From Klebsormidium nitens (lineage: Eukaryota; Plantae; Klebsormidiophyceae): DNA of 64,000 nt. Below the pieces are notes generated by a model that saw only the letters and a program-made list of their open reading frames with translations, ran no database searches and was not told where the DNA came from. Positions 48,501 through 60,547 of the stretch are shown here, one piece after another. Within the stretch, counting starts at the first letter, position 1, and the number at the start of each line of letters is the position of its first letter. The translations under genes and the position numbers were made by a program. The stretch lies in NCBI GenBank assembly GCA_000708835.1, contig DF237249.1, positions 1 through 64,000 on the forward strand. The letters run 5' to 3'.

Positions 48501-51189
48501 TCATCCACCCCTCACGATTGGGAGATCTAATATCGTCAAAAAGAAATCCGTGAATATTAAAAGCACGTGTCTCCCTCCTGCCCCAGGGCCGTTTCACGTA
48601 CACTTCGGGGCAAGTACGGGAGTTTGGGATGCTTGCGGGAGGAACCGGGATCACACCGATGTTCCAGGTACGCCACATGTCTCTTTGATCTAGCAAAAGT
48701 AGGCTCCTACGCTAGCAGTCATACCTAACTCACAAATTACCTGCTCCGTACCTAACTCGCCTGAAACCCCCAGACTAACCCCACCCGTTTCAGGCTGGGC
48801 AGCTTACGTTTGCCAAGTCTTACTTCTGCTGAATCGAAGCCTCTTGTACCCCCCCGTTTCCGCGCCGATTACGTTGGACCCGATACGTACTTCTCCTACA
48901 TTGGAACTTTTGAGACCAAGCCACTGGTTCAAGGTTTTTCAATCCCGGTCATTTGGTGGTCCTTGTAAGATACTACTAGAGTTCCTAACGTTTTGCACAG
49001 CGCCCAACCTGCTAAGCAAAAGGATGGCTAGGAATCTGTCCGTTCGTGCATTCGAGATTGGGGGCAATGGTTTTGCGTCCACATGCTTAGCATAGTGCAG
49101 CGAAGCTTTTATCTTTAGCACACAGCCTAAGACATGTTCCTGCCATTCGTGGGTCGTTGGACCATGGACGCTTCCGTGTTTGACAGTACTCGCTTCTTAT
49201 CGCCGCTTGGGCCAATCTTGCTGAAGGTATTTGGAAACGGGATGAACAATGCTGGTTCTACCGAGCTTCGAGGTTGCTCGAGAGGCCCTTTTCAGAGAAG
49301 CTCGGTTATCAAACTTGAGTGCGTAGCTTCTCGACCTGCTTGCCACTTGGTTCTAAGATTACCAGATCTCCTCCTTTTCTTACCGACTTACAGGTCCTGA
49401 AATTCATCTTGAAGGACCCGTCTGACAACACGAAAGTAAAGCTCATTTACGCGAACATCTCGTTAGGGGACATTCTTTTGAAGGTAAGGATCGTTGCGTC
49501 GAAACGGCGCGCGCGCTTCTTCTTAAGAAGTGGTTGCACGGTCGATTCCCTTCGTGTAAGCAGAATTCCGACTTCCATTGCAATGATTGGTCAAAGCCCA
49601 CAAAAGCCGCAGGCTATCAACCTTTTCAAACAGGGGGTGACCTTTCCCCGTACGCTGCCAACAACCGACCTCTAACTCGATAAGGATTTTTTTCTTTTCT
49701 CCCTCAGTAAATGTCTTTGAGAGCAAATAGTTGCACTTGAGGGGCGTGCGCTGTGCCAGGTGTCAGACCTTCAGACCCGAGCTGCCTTCTGTTTGCGGCT
49801 GTCGCAATGAGCAGCAATCCTCTCGATTGGATGGGTACTCGGCATGCGATCTCCTAAGAAAGCCGGACTTGCGATTCCGCAAGGCTCCCTCATAATCATT
49901 CCACTGCATAAAGCTCATTCAGCGAGCTCTAATCTATTGCTTGACAAGCCGAAGCCACCACAGTTTGGAAAGGCAGCTGGGTTCTCCTGAAAATCACGGT
50001 CTGACCCATTTCCGGTTTCTGTGTGCTTTTGCACTGATTAGTTTTTGCAGCACTAAAAGTTGAGTCTGACTGACACGCTTCTCGTCTCTTCCGCAGGACG
50101 AACTAGACTCGTTTGCGAAGCTGCATCCGAACAAGTTCAGCATATACTACGTTCTGAATGACGTAAGCACACGTCCCAGTCCCGTGTCTATCGCTGCTCA
50201 AAACGAGCCAAGGAATCCCCTCTCATGCTCTTGAATCTGCTTCGAACAGCGCAGGCTCTCGCGCAAAGGATATTAATGGTAATGTCCAGTGCTTTCGACT
50301 GGCAAGCTGCTCTTGTTTGTTCCTCTGGTTAGGGTTCCAAGTAAGTCAGCAATGGTTGCAACTTTTCCAGCGAATATGCGCAGACTTTGGACGTCACTGG
50401 TGGAAACGCGTGTTCGCGAGTCACATCGGAATCATTGCGCCAGTTACCTCTTGTGAACGTTCAGCCGTCAGATCGACGGCGCTCAGAAAAGCACTTTGTC
50501 AAACTATCTATTCTTTTACGTCTTTCGTTTTGCCTCCCTAGACAAGTGCGTTTCCGTACCCGGTACGTTGACACCATCCTCGTCTTTGTTATGCAGCCGC
50601 CGCCAGGGTGGACCGGCGGTGTCGGCTTCGTTTCCGCGGACATGATCAAAGCGCACTTGCCAGCACCAGCGGAAGATGTCAAGGTGAGTGCTTGGAACAT
50701 CCGCCTTCATGATTCCACTAATTTGTCGCCTTCGTAGTTCGCTGTTCCGTGCGAGCCCCTTTTGTACAGAAGACTTCGAGAACCGTTTTTAGATACATCG
50801 CACTGCCGGTTTGAAGATGCTTGAACTGCTTTGAGTAAGTTCGGCGGCGGAGGGGAACTGAACTGGCTGACGACTTTCGATAGAGTGCCTTCCTCATTGA
50901 AGAGAGCTGCTCCTCCACTTCTCAGCACGAGGAGCTTTGCATTGTTCCTTGTAAATCTTGGAGATGATTTTATTCTGCTTGACTGCTTCCATCCCTCTCC
51001 GATGCGCAGCTGGTACCGCCCGACAATCTGATGCTGTTGCGAGCCTATCGCCTACAAACGGATGCTCATATGAAAGTTCTTTCTTTTGTGGCGCAGATTT
51101 TGCGATGCGGCCCGCCTCCGATGAACAAGGCCATGGCTGCCCACTTGGACGCACTCGGCTACTCCAAGGAGATGCAATTCCAGTTCTAG
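45572..51189 (+). CDS. CBR1: NADH-cytochrome b5 reductase with N-terminal membrane anchor, 9 exons
   Basis: [31 protein letters not shown]|[36 protein letters not shown] and terminal QFQF*. Splice phases are consistent. Confidence 0.95.
46510..46620. repeat. Degenerate intronic minisatellite (gtggtgtcaaag(g/a)aagggttttt-like)
   Basis: Three to four imperfect units of about 24 bp in CBR intron 1. Confidence 0.6.
48421..48516. repeat. 48-bp near-perfect tandem duplication in a CBR intron
   Basis: aaggaga(g/c)tcaacgtttgcaa(t/c)gtcgcttgattcatcc... occurs at 48421 and 48469. Confidence 0.9.
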
Positions 51190-53277
51190 ACACAAAGGAA
51201 GTTTTGGCTGCTGACCAGGCTAATAACCAGACTTGAAACTGGGGTTGCCGAAATGATGACCGGGCCTTGACTTCGTTCCAAGGTTGCTTGCCGCCCAAGT
51301 CTGGTTTCTGGTGGTTATAAGCACTTCGTAACGAGGTTCATAACCATCCATGGTTAAGTGCTGAAACCTCCTGTGACAAGAGACGTTGCTTTCTTCCAGT
51401 AACGGTCTGGTGCCCAAACAAACCGAATTCCACTGGAGACACTAATTTCAAAGCTTTTGCAAATGACGATTGGTTGGGAAGGCGTACTGACATTGAAACG
51501 TGCAGAGTAGTCGTTCGGCTCCGGGGCGGCTTCTGCCTGGCTTGTTCTGGTTCAGGTGATGACTGTGTTTGCTTCAACATAGGCTCGATATCTTTGCAAG
51601 CCGGAAACTTTCGCGAACATCCGCTATTCAAGCTAGACACTAGGTGGCCCAGTACGTGCTGGAAATCACAAACCACTTGAATGCGGCGGCCTCTTGAGGG
51701 GTTTGTGGCACCAACATACTCGATAGCTGCATGACTTCTTGGATTCTCGGACATAAGGTTCGATAATCGAGATTGACAGGAGACGATATAAAAGACTAGC
51801 AACATACTCCGAGTACTTGATCACCCGCGGATCCGAATCAAGAACACGGTTGCATGTCCCCAGCTCGATGTAAGGAGTGCAACTAGTGCCGGAGAAAAAC
51901 GTCGCGACTTTTGGCCGTGAGGTCCTTGAATTGCCTTATCAGAACCTATTGTCGCATCCCGGCCACATGGTTTTCGTGAAGCAGTATATAATTCGTATCG
52001 ATCCGCTGCCAAGAGCATGACTTTCTGGAGTACCAGCTCGCGCCACTTCCATGGCAGATGACATGGTCGCGCCATATAGTCTTCTCGATTCGTGGGTCAG
52101 AGCAAGCTACTAGGCCGCTTGAGGGGATTCTGCTTTCATGTCGGGGCCCGAGGGGACTCGAGGAGTGCTTTCAGGTTTCCGACGTAGCGGGACTAAGCCG
52201 TGACGACATAATATGTCGAGCCGGCCGCTCAGCTGGGCAAGATCTTTCCCATGGCTCGGATGATCCCTGGCCGACAGATCACGGTGGATCCCGCGCTGAG
52301 TCGGCCCGGTGCCGGCGCCGCCGAGTCCGAGTCGGACTCCAGCCTGGAGTTCGACTTGGTCGGAGAGTGCCACGTGGACTTTCCTCTCTTCCAAAGCTGA
52401 GCTCCGGCGAGTACGGAAAACGTACCCGGGCGGCCTCGGCTTGCATCGGCGACTCTGGCCCGGGCCCCTGCTCACTAGCCAGAACTCAATATGTACTGCC
52501 GGTCGTAAGGTCGACGAAAGGACAAGCCTTGTAAGCCAGTGCAACCTTACGCAAACAAGGTTTCTAGGTTTCGCTGTCACCTCGGAAGGACCATGCTCTC
52601 CACAGCATCAGGTCAAAAGTTTCTGCATACATAAGCTTCCGTCGTTGTGTAGCTGAAGCACGTTGAAAGTCCATTGGCACTTCCTTCGCTCCACAAGCCG
52701 CCCTCAGCAACCAAGCCTTCCTGCATCTTCGAGCTCTCAGACGCTTCCTCGCTACGGAGGTCACGAGTGTCTGCGCATCTCAACAGCGCTTCACCACCGA
52801 ACGAGAGCGAGAGCGACATCGCGGCGGCAGCGGCGCCAAAATTTTCCCTTCTGGTGTAAGGGACGGTGAGAAGGTGCGCTGAGATTGGTTCTCCTTGGAT
52901 TTTTCCGACTACTTGATCATCAGTGCGCCCACCACCTCACCTAGCGTTCTTTCTAAAATGAGCCCAAGTGATCAGAAGCTGCCTTTGTCGCTTTACTGCG
53001 TTCTGCAATCCTGATCAGGTGGACTGTTTTTCAGAGGGCCGATTTGCTTTCATTGTTCTTTGCGCGCTTGCGTGTGCGTACCCCGCCTTTTACTATCCCA
53101 AGTTAGTTGCCTCGCTGAGGAACTTAGCGCAGAATTGTGCAATTTCCCAGGCATACCCGTCTCTCCTTTGGTAGCCATCGATGCTGACACGTGTACGGCA
53201 ACGCTCCTCTCTGTCGGGATCAAACAATACTATAAAATACTCATGGTTGTCAGATTGTGTTGCAGGTCCAGCGAAAC

Positions 53278-55009
53278 ATGGCTATGAACTCTGTTCACGC
53301 TCCGACCTTCGCCCTGTTCCTTCTGTTGGGGACCCTCTGTGCGGGCCTTGCAGCCGCGCAGTCGCCCAGCAATTCCACTCCGGGCGTTCCATCCACCGGC
53401 TGCACTTGTACGTGTCCGCCCAGTACCAGTAAGTACTTGGTTAACGTACTCGACACTATCGCCATCCAATCAAGTTGCAAACAATCAGATTAGAGAATCA
53501 GTTTTGACCTCAACTCCATTAAAGCTTCAAGTCGCAATCGCCATTCTGAAATCTGAGTAAGCTTGAGTTTTGCACGGGTTATCAGTATTGAGGCTGGGAT
53601 CACAGCACTTTCGGGGGACTTCACCCAGATGGATTTATCTGCCTTTCTGAGTGCGTTAGGTCTAGAATAAGCGGCTTCTAGCCTGCACTATTCTCCTCTG
53701 GCTACGGACCAGAGCGAAAGGTGTTCATCAAACCGACATCCAGATCCCTTCTGAGACACTGTCACCCTTCTTTTTGAAACAAAAATCTTCATCTTTTTCA
53801 CCTTAACTCTGAAACCGCCTCCATCTTTCCGCCCGAGTCAGCTGCTTCTCCAGCGAAAAAGCCGTTGCACCCAATTTGCACGTCGCCAATCCGCAACGCT
53901 TGCGTCCCGCAAGGATCCCCCTGCCCCCTTGAAAAAGTCCCTCAAGTGGGGTTTGCACCTGAATTGAATGTTCGGTACGTGTCGACACCTCTCTGACGTC
54001 ATCTTTCTCACCTCTCTGACGTCATCTTTCTCACCTCTCTGACGTCATCTTTCCCACCTCTTTGACGTCATCGCTCCCCAAAAACTGCAGCTTGCTCCGA
54101 GCTTCAGGGCCGTTGTGATTGGTACTTCCTGGGCAGTGGCCCCGGCAGCCCCACGCCAACTTTCAACCTTAGAGACGGCCAAGGGGATCATGCCATCAGC
54201 CCCCCAATCACTTACAAGTAAGAGTTTCTGACTTTTTGGAAATGTGACTGCTCCGGCTCCTTTTCAGTCCACGTATCGATTAGTATTCGAGGCAACAATG
54301 TCTGGTAAGTGGACAAAACGAGTTATAAGCATTTTCAACTGGAGATGACGTTGCAAGTTGAAGGCCCGAGCGAAGCTTGAAGGTCCAACAACCAATGTCT
54401 GATTTGTTTTGCGCTCGGTCTCATCACTCCACTTGGAAAGCTCCAATCGAACGATGAATCACAGGCCCCTTTGACAATCCACAAATCTGTTCTAGCAGGC
54501 ACTTACCTCGAGAAGGCGGTAGGATCCCGTCTGGCGTGGTAATTGCGTCTAAAAATCAAAACGACTGGTTTGCGTTCTCTTTAAGTGAGTTATTGTGTCA
54601 CAGGACAGACCCTCTCAAACAGAGAAGCGGTCTCGTTGATAAAACCTCTTATCCATCAAACGTTTTGAGAGTACGGGGAACTTACTCGAGCTTGCCCAGT
54701 TTCTGAGCGAGCTTCTCAATCTCCTGCAGGGACGGTCAGACGGTTCTGGCAGCTAACACCAACGGCGGCTACACTTACACGGGTGCGGCAATCCCCAACG
54801 AGAGCCAGAACCAATTCTATGGGAACGGCGCTTACGTCTACTACAGAACGTTCAACTACCCTCTGAGCGTCGAGAATTACAAGGGTCGCTGCTTCCTCCT
54901 CCCCCTCACTGAAATCGAGCTCGGCGATGGGTCCAACCTCAACAGGGGCGACGGAAACGCGGCCTACTTGGAGTCCCGCCGCTGCGTCGTGTTCGCGACT
55001 CAGGCGTAA
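53278..55009 (+). CDS. Secreted Cys-containing protein of unknown family
   Basis: Signal peptide MAMNSVHAPTFALFLLLGTLCAGLAAAQ, then CTCTCPP. Candidate exons give ICTSPIRNACVPQGSPC, CSELQGRCDWYFLGSG and DGQTVLAANTNGGYTY...RRCVVFATQA*. One junction (about 53973-54091) did not close in phase, so the model is incomplete. Confidence 0.65.
53986..54072. repeat. 23-bp tandem repeat, about 3.8 units, each carrying TGACGTCA
   Basis: cacctctctgacgtcatctttct units start at 53986, 54009, 54032 and 54055 (the last is partial). Confidence 0.92.
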
Positions 55010-56755
55010 TGAGACGAATTGTACCTCAGCCTCAGTATGTTTGAGGCACCTAGGGAGAGGTTTGAGTTTGGAGGGATTGAAGGAGATGAAAGATTGCACG
55101 GATGACTGAGCAATCGAAAGATTGCATGCAAGGGTCAGTGTAAACAGATTGTGCGTGAGAGTCTAAAGTTTCAGCAGTTAAGATCTATTATATAGACCAG
55201 CATAGGGTTTTCAATGAGTGTACTTCAGAGAACACTTCGCATGAATAGAGATTTGCATTTTCAATTGATAAGCTCAACGTAAAATGTGCGGCTTTGACTT
55301 TCTGTACCATAGAGAACAATAAACTGTCCGGTCACAGTGTCAAGCTGATGACCTGACTGAAGTACTCTTTAATTAATGCTTAGTGTAGATCCTTCGATGT
55401 ATTATTCCAAATGTACTCCGACCTGATTGTGTTCTCTGAATTAATGAAACCGGCGGCTCTCGAGCTGAATGAGTGCTCGAATCTGCCAGTGAATGTGTGA
55501 ATACGCTTCAGACTATAGTCATACCAAGCGATATACATGGAAGAAACAGGCGTCCGTTGAAACGTTTAATGGTTTAAACTCTCCTGCCTTCGAACGTTTG
55601 AATGTGATGATCAGGCGTGAGTCATACCGAATGCCCAACAATGTTGACCGTATATGGCTGACCCACTCTAGTATTTACTTTGCACCGTGCACCCATTTAG
55701 ACGCTAACAGGATACGTCAAGGATCTAGCTGGACGATGTTGTGCATGTGCACGTGGTAATATTCGTTCCGAGCTCTGTGCTGCTTACACTGGACCTGCCA
55801 AGTGATTTCGGAGGAAAAGCCGTTTGCTACCGTCAGGATCCAGCTGTTAACCGAATATTTTGGTGAATGCCCCGGCGCCTATTCAGCGGCTCGGTCCACT
55901 CCGGGCTCTAATCGACTGCCTCTGCCTTTACCCTGCTAGTTTTGAATCCTAGATTTTTGAATCAAGGTGGCCTCTAACCAACGTCGAGAAACTGGTTTGC
56001 TCTGAATCGAGGACCGTTTGCCGGCCTCCCCCTCCCGTAGGGGCGCACGGAGTTCTCGGTGAAGGGATTCGATTGAGCAGGAAGCCTGATTAGCGGTTTA
56101 TCCATCTTTCATGCCTTTCGTCTCTCCTCCCTGAATCTGCCGAGGAGCCGCATCACCTCGTTGCGTACGTCACCTCAGTATCATGCTCGTCGAACTTTTT
56201 CGCCTCGGAAAGTAGGTCGCATCATCTTCTCCGAAGGCTCCTGATTCCAGCACAGTGCTCATGAAGCAAGAGCAACGAGGCAGGCGTTGGGGTCTCTAGT
56301 AGATCCGCACTGGGCGGAATGCTTCTCTTCGTCTCGCGCTGCCTCGATCGCCGGCCCCCATGATCCAACCTTGTGCTGGCAAGGATCTCTTCGTCTCCGT
56401 TTGAAAGAGTCTCTAGTGCTCCCATGATCGCCTCGGCGCAAATATACGCAGGCGCAGCTGACTGGGCCTCAGCACCTACTGAGCCGAAAATTGCGCGAAA
56501 TAGAGCGAAGTTGTAACCATGTTTCAGACTGCGAAGGGGCCGAGTCTAGAGCTACCTTCCGAAGCATTTTGCTTCTCAAAGGCCCACCGTGACTTTCCGT
56601 CCAGGATCACCGTGCCAGAAAGAAACTCGGCAATCGCGTCAAGTCACATTTCCATTCGCAGAAGTTGCGTTGCGGATCAAGAAAGTAAGGCGCGCTTGAG
56701 TGGAAGTTCTCTGGCTCGTCATCCTGCCTTTGTCTTCACCCCCTTCGCGAGGAAC

Positions 56756-59135
56756 ATGACGGCGTCAAGAGGGTGTCTTACCAGCATTTCGGCCCTGCTT
56801 CTCGTGATGGGCGCCAAGAACCAGGTGAGTCCAAGATGAGGTTTGCAATTTGATGGGTTCAGTGACGGTCGAAGTTCTCAGAAGTTTCTAAATCTTGTAA
56901 AGCAGATGGTATAGGGAAGGTCCGCTACAGGCCAGATGGTAGCAGCTTACAGCGGGTGTGTATCTATCTGATGCCTGTTTCGAACCCTCACTTTCTTCTG
57001 CCTTGAGACTATTATATTGCTTTGAATGTTCTAAGGACAATTGTATAGCAGTCCGAGCACAGCTTACGTTGCAATCTGAACCGATTTATGTCAACGAGGG
57101 AATCGTGTAATTACATCTCTTTATCTCGATTTTGTCCTGTCGGTGCTAGGCGTCCGGAAACTCGCTCCAGGCCCTGGCGAGCGAGCGCAATTCCGGTGTC
57201 CGGAACAGTTCCGCTGTTCCGCGCAAGCTCCTCCAAACCCCCGCTCCAGGTGCGTTGCTTGGATTGCACCGGAGATGCATTCAAAGCGTTGTAAGGAGAA
57301 AAGTGAACGGCTGGTTTATCAGTTTAAGCTCAGCTAAGCAGGCTTTTCGAGAACCCGAGAACATAAAGCTCAGGGAAGAAAGGAACAGGCTCGAGTGGGA
57401 CCAGGCTGGGCAAAGGAAAATTCCAGATAAGATGCTGGGAAGAAACTATTCGGTTTTCTCACGTGGCCCGCTCCAAATACCTTGAGCACCGAGCGTGCGA
57501 TCGAGACTATTGCTTGGTTCTCACTGCACCTAACTTCAGCCCCCTTCCCTTAGTGAATGGAGCCTGCGTTTTGCATTGCTCAACAGAATGAGTGTAGAAT
57601 GTCTTACTCCGCTAATCTTAGTGCCCTGGTGCATAGCCTACCGTCCTTGCTAACGTCTGTAGTGTTCTCGTCAGCCTATGACTTCAAGATCCAAACTGTA
57701 ATACTGCGTAAGATCTCTTTCGAAGATTCTTTTATTTCCCCAGGTTCATCCCCTTTCTGCCCCGCCAACTTCATTCTCTGTACTTTCCTCGACATCCCAT
57801 TGGGAATTCCACGACCGCCGCCCCTGTGTTGCCGGGCCTCAATCTGCCCAGTCCCCAGGGGCAACCTCGTGCAGTGCGTCTTAGTGTCAAGCCCTCGCAC
57901 AGCTCCACCTGTTATCCCGACCACTCCGTCGCTTGCTCCGACGACCCCCACCCCAACCCCGGCGGCCTCTGCCCTCACCCCGGTCATACCGGTCCCGACC
58001 CCGACCACCCCGTCCCTAACCCCGGTTATTGTCCCTACTAACTCCGCCCCAATTTCGACCACCCCGGTCGTCCCGGCCCGCACCTCGACCGCCCCTAACC
58101 CTACCCCAACCACCCCCGCCCTTACCCCGGTCATACCGGCCCCGACTACCCCCGCCCTCACTTCGATCGCCCCTACCCCCATCCCGACTCGGACTACCCC
58201 TGCCATGACTCCGACTTCCCCTGCCCCAACCTCAACCACTCCTGTCCCTTCCCCGACCAGTTCCGCAACAACTCCGACCATTCCGGCGCTTATCTTGACT
58301 ACGTCCCCTACCCCTACCCCGACCATCCCAGCCCTTACCCCGACTACCCCTGGCTCCACCCCGACCATCCCGGCCATTTCTCTGCTCCCCGGTTTCCCAG
58401 CCTCGACCACTCCGAGAGCCACTCCGACCGTTATCCCTGCCGAAGGACCCGCCGTTCGACCGCCCCCAGTGGAGGTACTCGCAGGTACTTCCGCTGGAGG
58501 TTCCGCCAGTCCTGTTGAAGAAGGCCGGATTATCAAAGAGTTGCCACGAAACTGCGGCATTCAGTTTGCGTCCACGCGGGTCCGGGGGAAGGGGGATGAA
58601 TCGTGCTTGTTTTGACGTAGGGAGACCGAACGTAGTCGTGCTATTTTCTGTACTTGGGCTCCGTTTTGAAGCTTTAGAAATCCTTGTTCTGTCTGTCGAC
58701 TGACTTCACGTCGCCGAGGTAAACGCTGTTGACGTAACGGGAGTGCATCTGCTTTCGAGCACGCAAAAAACGACAAAACAGAATGGACGTACGTGCGGGG
58801 TGGATCAACAGCTCCTACTTTCAGGGGAGGCAGCAGCGATTGTTGTTGGGAGTCTCGCTTGCATGAACCAGATTTGCTTGACCCGCATCGCTTCCGTGCT
58901 TTCCCGCAGTATAGCTAACACGCCTCTCTTATGGCTGAGTGCAGGTAGTCCAACGTGCCTCAATAGTGGTCCCGCAGGAACGAAGTTCACCGGTGAATGC
59001 CCTAGTTCCTCGAACACAGATGTGCTGTGCTGCTCATTCATCGGCCCTTATTGCCCGGCCGATCCCCTTGACGTAGAATTTGAAGTCGACCTCGGATTTT
59101 GCATCTTTTTCCCGCGTAAAATGATCCGGCCGTAG
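56756..59135 (+). CDS. Secreted Pro/Thr-rich (AGP/mucin-like) protein with two 6-Cys domains
   Basis: MTASRGCLTSISALLLVMGAKNQ|ASGNS...PRKLLQTPAP|GSSPFCPANFILC...LCCRASIC...VQC, then about 200 aa of TP/AP/SP repeats, then |GSPTC...GEC...LCC...YC...GFC...RP*. Junction phases close. Confidence 0.8.
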
Positions 59136-60547
59136 TAGCCGCCATGTAATCCAGCTCCTGGCTCCTTTACACTGGGTCGATTATTGTGGAGCGCTGTCTT
59201 TCATTACAATCGCTAAATCAGAAAAGAATATGGATGTCGTGCGACTGATTGGAGTCAGGATACAGGCGCTAGCAAACGTTCTTCAAATAGAACAGGTTCG
59301 AGATTATAGAAACTTCCCAAGGCACTTAGAATTGGAGTTTGGCTGGCCAACGTGTCTAGTCTAAGTAAGAGTTTAAGCGGGCCTGTGCAAAGCCGCCCGG
59401 ATCCAGAGAGTAAGCTAGCTTCGATAGGCAAAAGCGACAGACCTCTTTTCGGACACCACGTAGTTGTGAGGACAAGAATATATATGCAACCCATGTACTA
59501 AGAGGATTCGTGTCTTGGCACAGCAACCATACCGTCAGAGAGGTCTTTGACGGCGCCGGAAAAGTGTGCTTGCAGAGCCACAAAAGGATGCTTTGAGTCA
59601 AAAGCTTTCCATTCTTGAAACATTTCTCTTTTTAGAAGGTTTGGATTGATCAAATAGCAGGCAGAATAAATCTGCAGGTGTGAATATCTGAGACAAGAGG
59701 CTTGCATCAAGCGATCTTATGAATAATGTACAAATCTCTCAGGAGTTGAATCTCGTCCGTAGCTGACCCATAAGCTTGTTGGACAAGTAAATAAGAATAC
59801 GTTTCATGAAGATAAGTATATGCGTTATCCTTATGAAGTATACAGCTAGCACTGGAAAAGAAATGAAGTTCATTACTTCTGCTCGCGAGCATGGAGCATC
59901 ACGATCGATGCACGGATGCGGGAAATCAATTTAAGATGAATAATCCTCGTTGAGGGAGGTCTAACTACTCGAGAAACCCCAGGCAAACCGAATATGAAGA
60001 AAGTGACTGAACAAGGTTGACACAAATTCGGATTCATACGGATCAATTGAAAGGGTCGATGAATCGATTACACTCAGGCGGTGAGAGTGGCTGTTCCAAG
60101 TTGAGTTGGTAATCCTTAACGTACAGTTTCTACTTGGTAGCTGGCATGCAGCTGGTAATTAGCCCTCCTAACTAAAATGTTTGTTCGTTGCATGATCCTC
60201 TACGGGGTAATGCACGCGAATGCGGCAAGGCCGTTGAAATTTAATTTAGCTTACGTTAGAAGTACGTCTGATCAAAGCGAGCTCTTTGTGCTACTCTACT
60301 TCAACCACCCTCCACTCAGTCACTACAAATTCCTTCCAAGTCTTCATAGTTATATGGATCACTCATAGCCGGTCGGCAGCGGCTTTATGAACATTCTGAA
60401 GCCCCGCTTTCTCCATTTACAACCGCTGATTTACTCATAACACACAGTGACCGTGGGCTAAAATGCATTGATTGTGGGCGAACTTGGCAGACTCGTCTTG
60501 GGCCCTAATTAAGAGCTCCTCTTGAACCCCTCTCTTAATATACATTC

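Noticed and set aside
347-51189. Cytochrome b5 and b5 reductase as a functional cluster
   Set aside because: They are about 43 kb apart with unrelated genes between them, so chance co-location is sufficient.
51338-52075. Two in-frame minus-strand ORFs (84 and 155 aa) separated by one stop
   Set aside because: No family motif, and ORFs of this length occur spuriously throughout the window.
53986-54072. Repeat arrays as CRISPR
   Set aside because: The units are contiguous without spacers, the context is eukaryotic, and no cas genes are present.
57676-58560. 294-aa Gly/Val-rich minus-strand ORF
   Set aside because: It is the antisense shadow of the Pro/Thr repeat exon.
59356-59892. Chain of short minus-strand ORFs resembling a LINE remnant
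   Set aside because: No reverse transcriptase or endonuclease motifs, and several stops.
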